From the IMG/VR virus record IMGVR_UViG_3300005549_000008: a DNA stretch of 64,000 nucleotides; one strand, 5' to 3'. The stretch's first letter is position 1. The number at the start of each line of letters is the position of its first letter. The position numbers and the translations under genes are program-made. This stretch comes from an uncultured virus (IMG/VR IMGVR_UViG_3300005549_000008) (Duplodnaviria; Heunggongvirae; Uroviricota; Caudoviricetes). The notes under the pieces were generated by a model. It worked only from the letters and a program-made list of their open reading frames with translations, was not told the DNA's origin and did no database searches. Shown here piece after piece: positions 61,344 through 64,000 of the stretch.

Positions 61344-62750
61344 TCACATGAAGTGAAGCTGTCCATCGTCGCCCACAACAATCCAGACTTCCCCGAACGC
61401 TTTACTGGCATCAGTTAGCCGTGTTGCTTCCGGCTCGCTCCAGTCGCCGTCCCAGAAACCTGCCCCATGTCCATTGCGCGTCAGCCAAAAATCATGACCG
61501 GCGAGCTCGGAGTCAGTATATTCGCCGCGGACAGTAACTCTCTCGACGGACGCGAGTGCGTTAGCCTGCTCCGCTTGAAAGCGTTCACAGTCGGAAACAG
61601 CACGGCTGATAGCATCGGCTGAGAAGTCCTCGATGCCGTAATTCTTGTCCAGCGGCTCACCTCCCGCGTCATCACTCTCGTCATTGCTGGACCATAGCGC
61701 TGTCTCTAGGTAAGCCCTCGTGAAACTGTCTAACTGCGCGACACCCTTATTGTTGGCCTCGTAGCGAGGTGACTTGAGTCCACGTCGAACCGGGTCACCT
61801 TCTGCATCGAAGCGCGCGTCAGGATCGACATCGACGAACACGTAGTAGTCGCAAGGATTGTGACCGTCTTCGGTGATGCATTCCATGCCCCACCACATCA
61901 GCTCTTCGGCTTCTGTTTGAGCAAAATCCATCTGATCCGGCGTGTAGCTATCGAAGTAATCCGAGTCGGTATCGCCGGGCTTCAATGTCAGAAACGACAT
62001 GGTGCCGCGCAGGGCACCGTCGGAGTCGATGGGATCCGACGGCGCTACGCCCATGTCATCACCAACGAACAGCGGCGTATCCTGGCCTGGTTCGTAGAAG
62101 GCGTATCCGATCTTCGATTGACCCGTTTCGTAGCGCCGATTGGTGTCCCAGGTCAGCAGTCGATAGCCGTTGCTCTCGTAGTCGAAGGTATCGGGGTTTT
62201 CTTTGCCGACCCCAGGATCGGTTGCTAGCCACACGTTGCGCAGGACACGATGGTCATCCAAGTCCGGCACCTTGATCCCGGAATTGCGATGGAGCTCGTG
62301 GCGCGGATCAGACTGTCCTACTTGCCGCAGATCACCGTCGACCGTGGCCCAGAAAATAACGGAGCCGAGAATCCCGCGCCGGTGCGCTTCGCGTTGCGCT
62401 TCCTGTTTGGCTTCACCCCTCGTGGCGTAGCCGCGCGAATGCCCGACGCCGAGGTGCGTCCCGCCGCGCTGCACCAGATCCACGTACCAGCGCCCCGAGC
62501 TCGAGTGCTGATGCAGAATAAAGTCATCCTGTGCGGCCTGCGTGCCGCTATAGATGCCTGGGTTCACGACGAGATCGCGCGCCGAGCCGCGCCAGCTGCC
62601 GCGGCGCTCAGGCTCAAACGGCCGCTCCTGACTCTGGTGCTCGCGGCTGAGGGCACGCAGGCGGACCTTCGTACCCATGCGCGGCGCCGCCAGCGGTCCT
62701 TCCTGGCGCTGAGGCGGCTTCGGGAAACGGTTGGGACGGTGCCGAGGCAT
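61344..62750 (-). CDS. Multi-domain hypothetical (putative polyprotein)
   Basis: Linkers RHRPN, DLVVN, ELHRN and RYEAN; last domain AGHDFWLTRNGHGAGFWD. A class A variant at 62758-62792 lies 7 nt before the ATG. Confidence 0.75.
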   Translation of the reverse strand: MPRHRPNRFPKPPQRQEGPLAAPRMGTKVRLRALSREHQSQERPFEPERRGSWRGSARDLVVNPGIYSGTQAAQDDFILHQHSSSGRWYVDLVQRGGTHLGVGHSRGYATRGEAKQEAQREAHRRGILGSVIFWATVDGDLRQVGQSDPRHELHRNSGIKVPDLDDHRVLRNVWLATDPGVGKENPDTFDYESNGYRLLTWDTNRRYETGQSKIGYAFYEPGQDTPLFVGDDMGVAPSDPIDSDGALRGTMSFLTLKPGDTDSDYFDSYTPDQMDFAQTEAEELMWWGMECITEDGHNPCDYYVFVDVDPDARFDAEGDPVRRGLKSPRYEANNKGVAQLDSFTRAYLETALWSSNDESDDAGGEPLDKNYGIEDFSADAISRAVSDCERFQAEQANALASVERVTVRGEYTDSELAGHDFWLTRNGHGAGFWDGDWSEPEATRLTDASKAFGEVWIVVGDDGQLHFM

Positions 62751-62802
62751 GCCTCCGAGGCTACCGAACCTCCTCCTCTCCCCGCAAGTTTTCGGGCCGA
62801 AT

Positions 62803-63534
62803 TCACGGACATTCCCAAGTCTGGGCTGCCAGCGCTGCCTTGAACTCCATGAAAATATCGTCCTGCGCGAGCGTAGTGTTCATTTCGGGGCCGCTGCAGA
62901 CCTCGGTACCCGTGGAATTGAACGGACTACGATCAGGATCCGAAGCGCGACTGACGACCGTGGCTACCTTCCACCCGGTCGCGGTGGGCTCGAGTTCGAA
63001 GCGAAAGTAGCCCTGCGCGCTGAGCTTGAAGTTGCAGGTGTCGGTGAGCTCGGTGCCGCACTCTCCAATGTCAGCGATGATGTAGGGCGCTGCAGGAATC
63101 GTGACGTCCGCTTCGATCGTAGTGCCCTCGAGCTGAAACGGATAGGTCCAGTAGACCTCGGGGAACGTCGCGCACGGCGTGGTGTGGCACACTTCGCAGT
63201 AGCCCAGCGACTCACTGGTGTAGTCCTGCCATGTAAACGTTTCGAGGAAACGCAGATCGAGCTCGGCAATCGAGCAGGCTGGCTCCGGGGGAGCTCCGCC
63301 GCTCGCGCTGCCGCCGCCACTGATCGCTCCACCTTGCCCCGCGACAGCGCCGCCCGTCCCGGGGGAGCCAGCGCTGCCGGCACTGCCACCCGAGCCTGCA
63401 GCCGGTCCGCTGCCGGCGCCCGCGGCGCCCGCCGTCGGTCCCGACCCACCTGTGAGCTCGGCAGCCGCTTGAAAGTCCGCGCCGCAACCGCACACCAGCA
63501 GCGCCACACCCATCAGAGCACGCAAATCAGCCAT
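62803..63534 (-). CDS. Lipoprotein with a Gly/Ser/Ala-rich linker
   Basis: LVCGC lipobox, a GGSAG-type linker and a Cys-containing C-terminal domain; class B motif at 63544-63569. Confidence 0.7.
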   Translation of the reverse strand: MADLRALMGVALLVCGCGADFQAAAELTGGSGPTAGAAGAGSGPAAGSGGSAGSAGSPGTGGAVAGQGGAISGGGSASGGAPPEPACSIAELDLRFLETFTWQDYTSESLGYCEVCHTTPCATFPEVYWTYPFQLEGTTIEADVTIPAAPYIIADIGECGTELTDTCNFKLSAQGYFRFELEPTATGWKVATVVSRASDPDRSPFNSTGTEVCSGPEMNTTLAQDDIFMEFKAALAAQTWECP

Positions 63535-63569
63535 GCCCTAGTATACGGCCGGACCGCCTGGTCGCTTCC

Positions 63570-64000
63570 CTAGACGATGGTCGGGGGAAATGGCAGGCGT
63601 TTCATGGTCTGTAGGTGCGTGTAGGATATCCACATGCTCCCCTCGCGCTGACTGTCCACGGCAGCGTATTCTTCGGGCAAGTAGCGACGCCTCTCGCGCT
63701 CGGCGCCGTAGATGATCAGGGTGTTTTCACGGTGCGGCACGTGGGCGATCACCTGGCGGCGCGTCACAATATCCCAGAATTTCTCGCTACCACAGGCGTT
63801 CCCGTCCGAATTGGATCCCAGGTAAATGACCACCGGTGCGCGCGCGATCAACTGCTCGATGCCTGACCAGCGGTTCAGCGGCCAGGACGCGAATGCAATG
63901 TCGATGGGCTCGTAGTAGTCGCTGAAGTCCGAGCGCACCTTCCGAATCGTGGGCGGCAACGGGCGGTTGTTGCCGTCGAAGTACAGGTCTACTGCCACCA
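63570..64000 (-). CDS. Hypothetical protein; 5' end probably outside the window
   Basis: The ORF runs to the window edge. Confidence 0.5.
   Translation of the reverse strand, partial: VAVDLYFDGNNRPLPPTIRKVRSDFSDYYEPIDIAFASWPLNRWSGIEQLIARAPVVIYLGSNSDGNACGSEKFWDIVTRRQVIAHVPHRENTLIIYGAERERRRYLPEEYAAVDSQREGSMWISYTHLQTMKRLPFPPTIV

Overview
The window looks like part of a large, GC-rich bacteriophage genome. It is densely packed with short, mostly hypothetical ORFs in strand-switching blocks, and I recognise no capsid, terminase, polymerase or sigma-factor gene. Gly-rich-linker lipoproteins suggest a myxobacterial (Polyangiaceae-like) host; this is inference. Recognisable genes include several cell-wall and envelope enzymes (most with single membrane anchors), a divergent ThyX, a Pth2-like peptidyl-tRNA hydrolase, a full-length tmRNA, two tRNA-like RNAs with aberrant anticodon arms, a Cre-like tyrosine recombinase, a GHKL ATPase, glycosyl- and methyltransferases, a GH30-LamG protein, HicA, a DEDDh exonuclease, a P-loop kinase and a dual-specificity phosphatase. 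Reading the DNA directly shows five layers of structure the ORF track does not explain. (1) There are two recurrent promoter-like motifs: AAAAGTTGC-N19-GTACYNT before putative virion genes (8 loci) and an ECF-like GGAAG-N16/17-CGTA before small-gene operons (about 16 copies). (2) Several acidic multi-domain proteins, including an Ocr-like one, have domains delimited by a [HYFLM]-x-x-N motif and may be protease-processed virion cargo. (3) A translation-rescue locus combines the tmRNA, a uORF attenuator, two non-decoding tRNA mimics and Pth2. (4) Three proteins share an ~80-aa N-terminal domain fused to unrelated C-termini. (5) A dif/lox-like site lies at the main divergence point. All family assignments are from motif recognition by eye; no searches were run.
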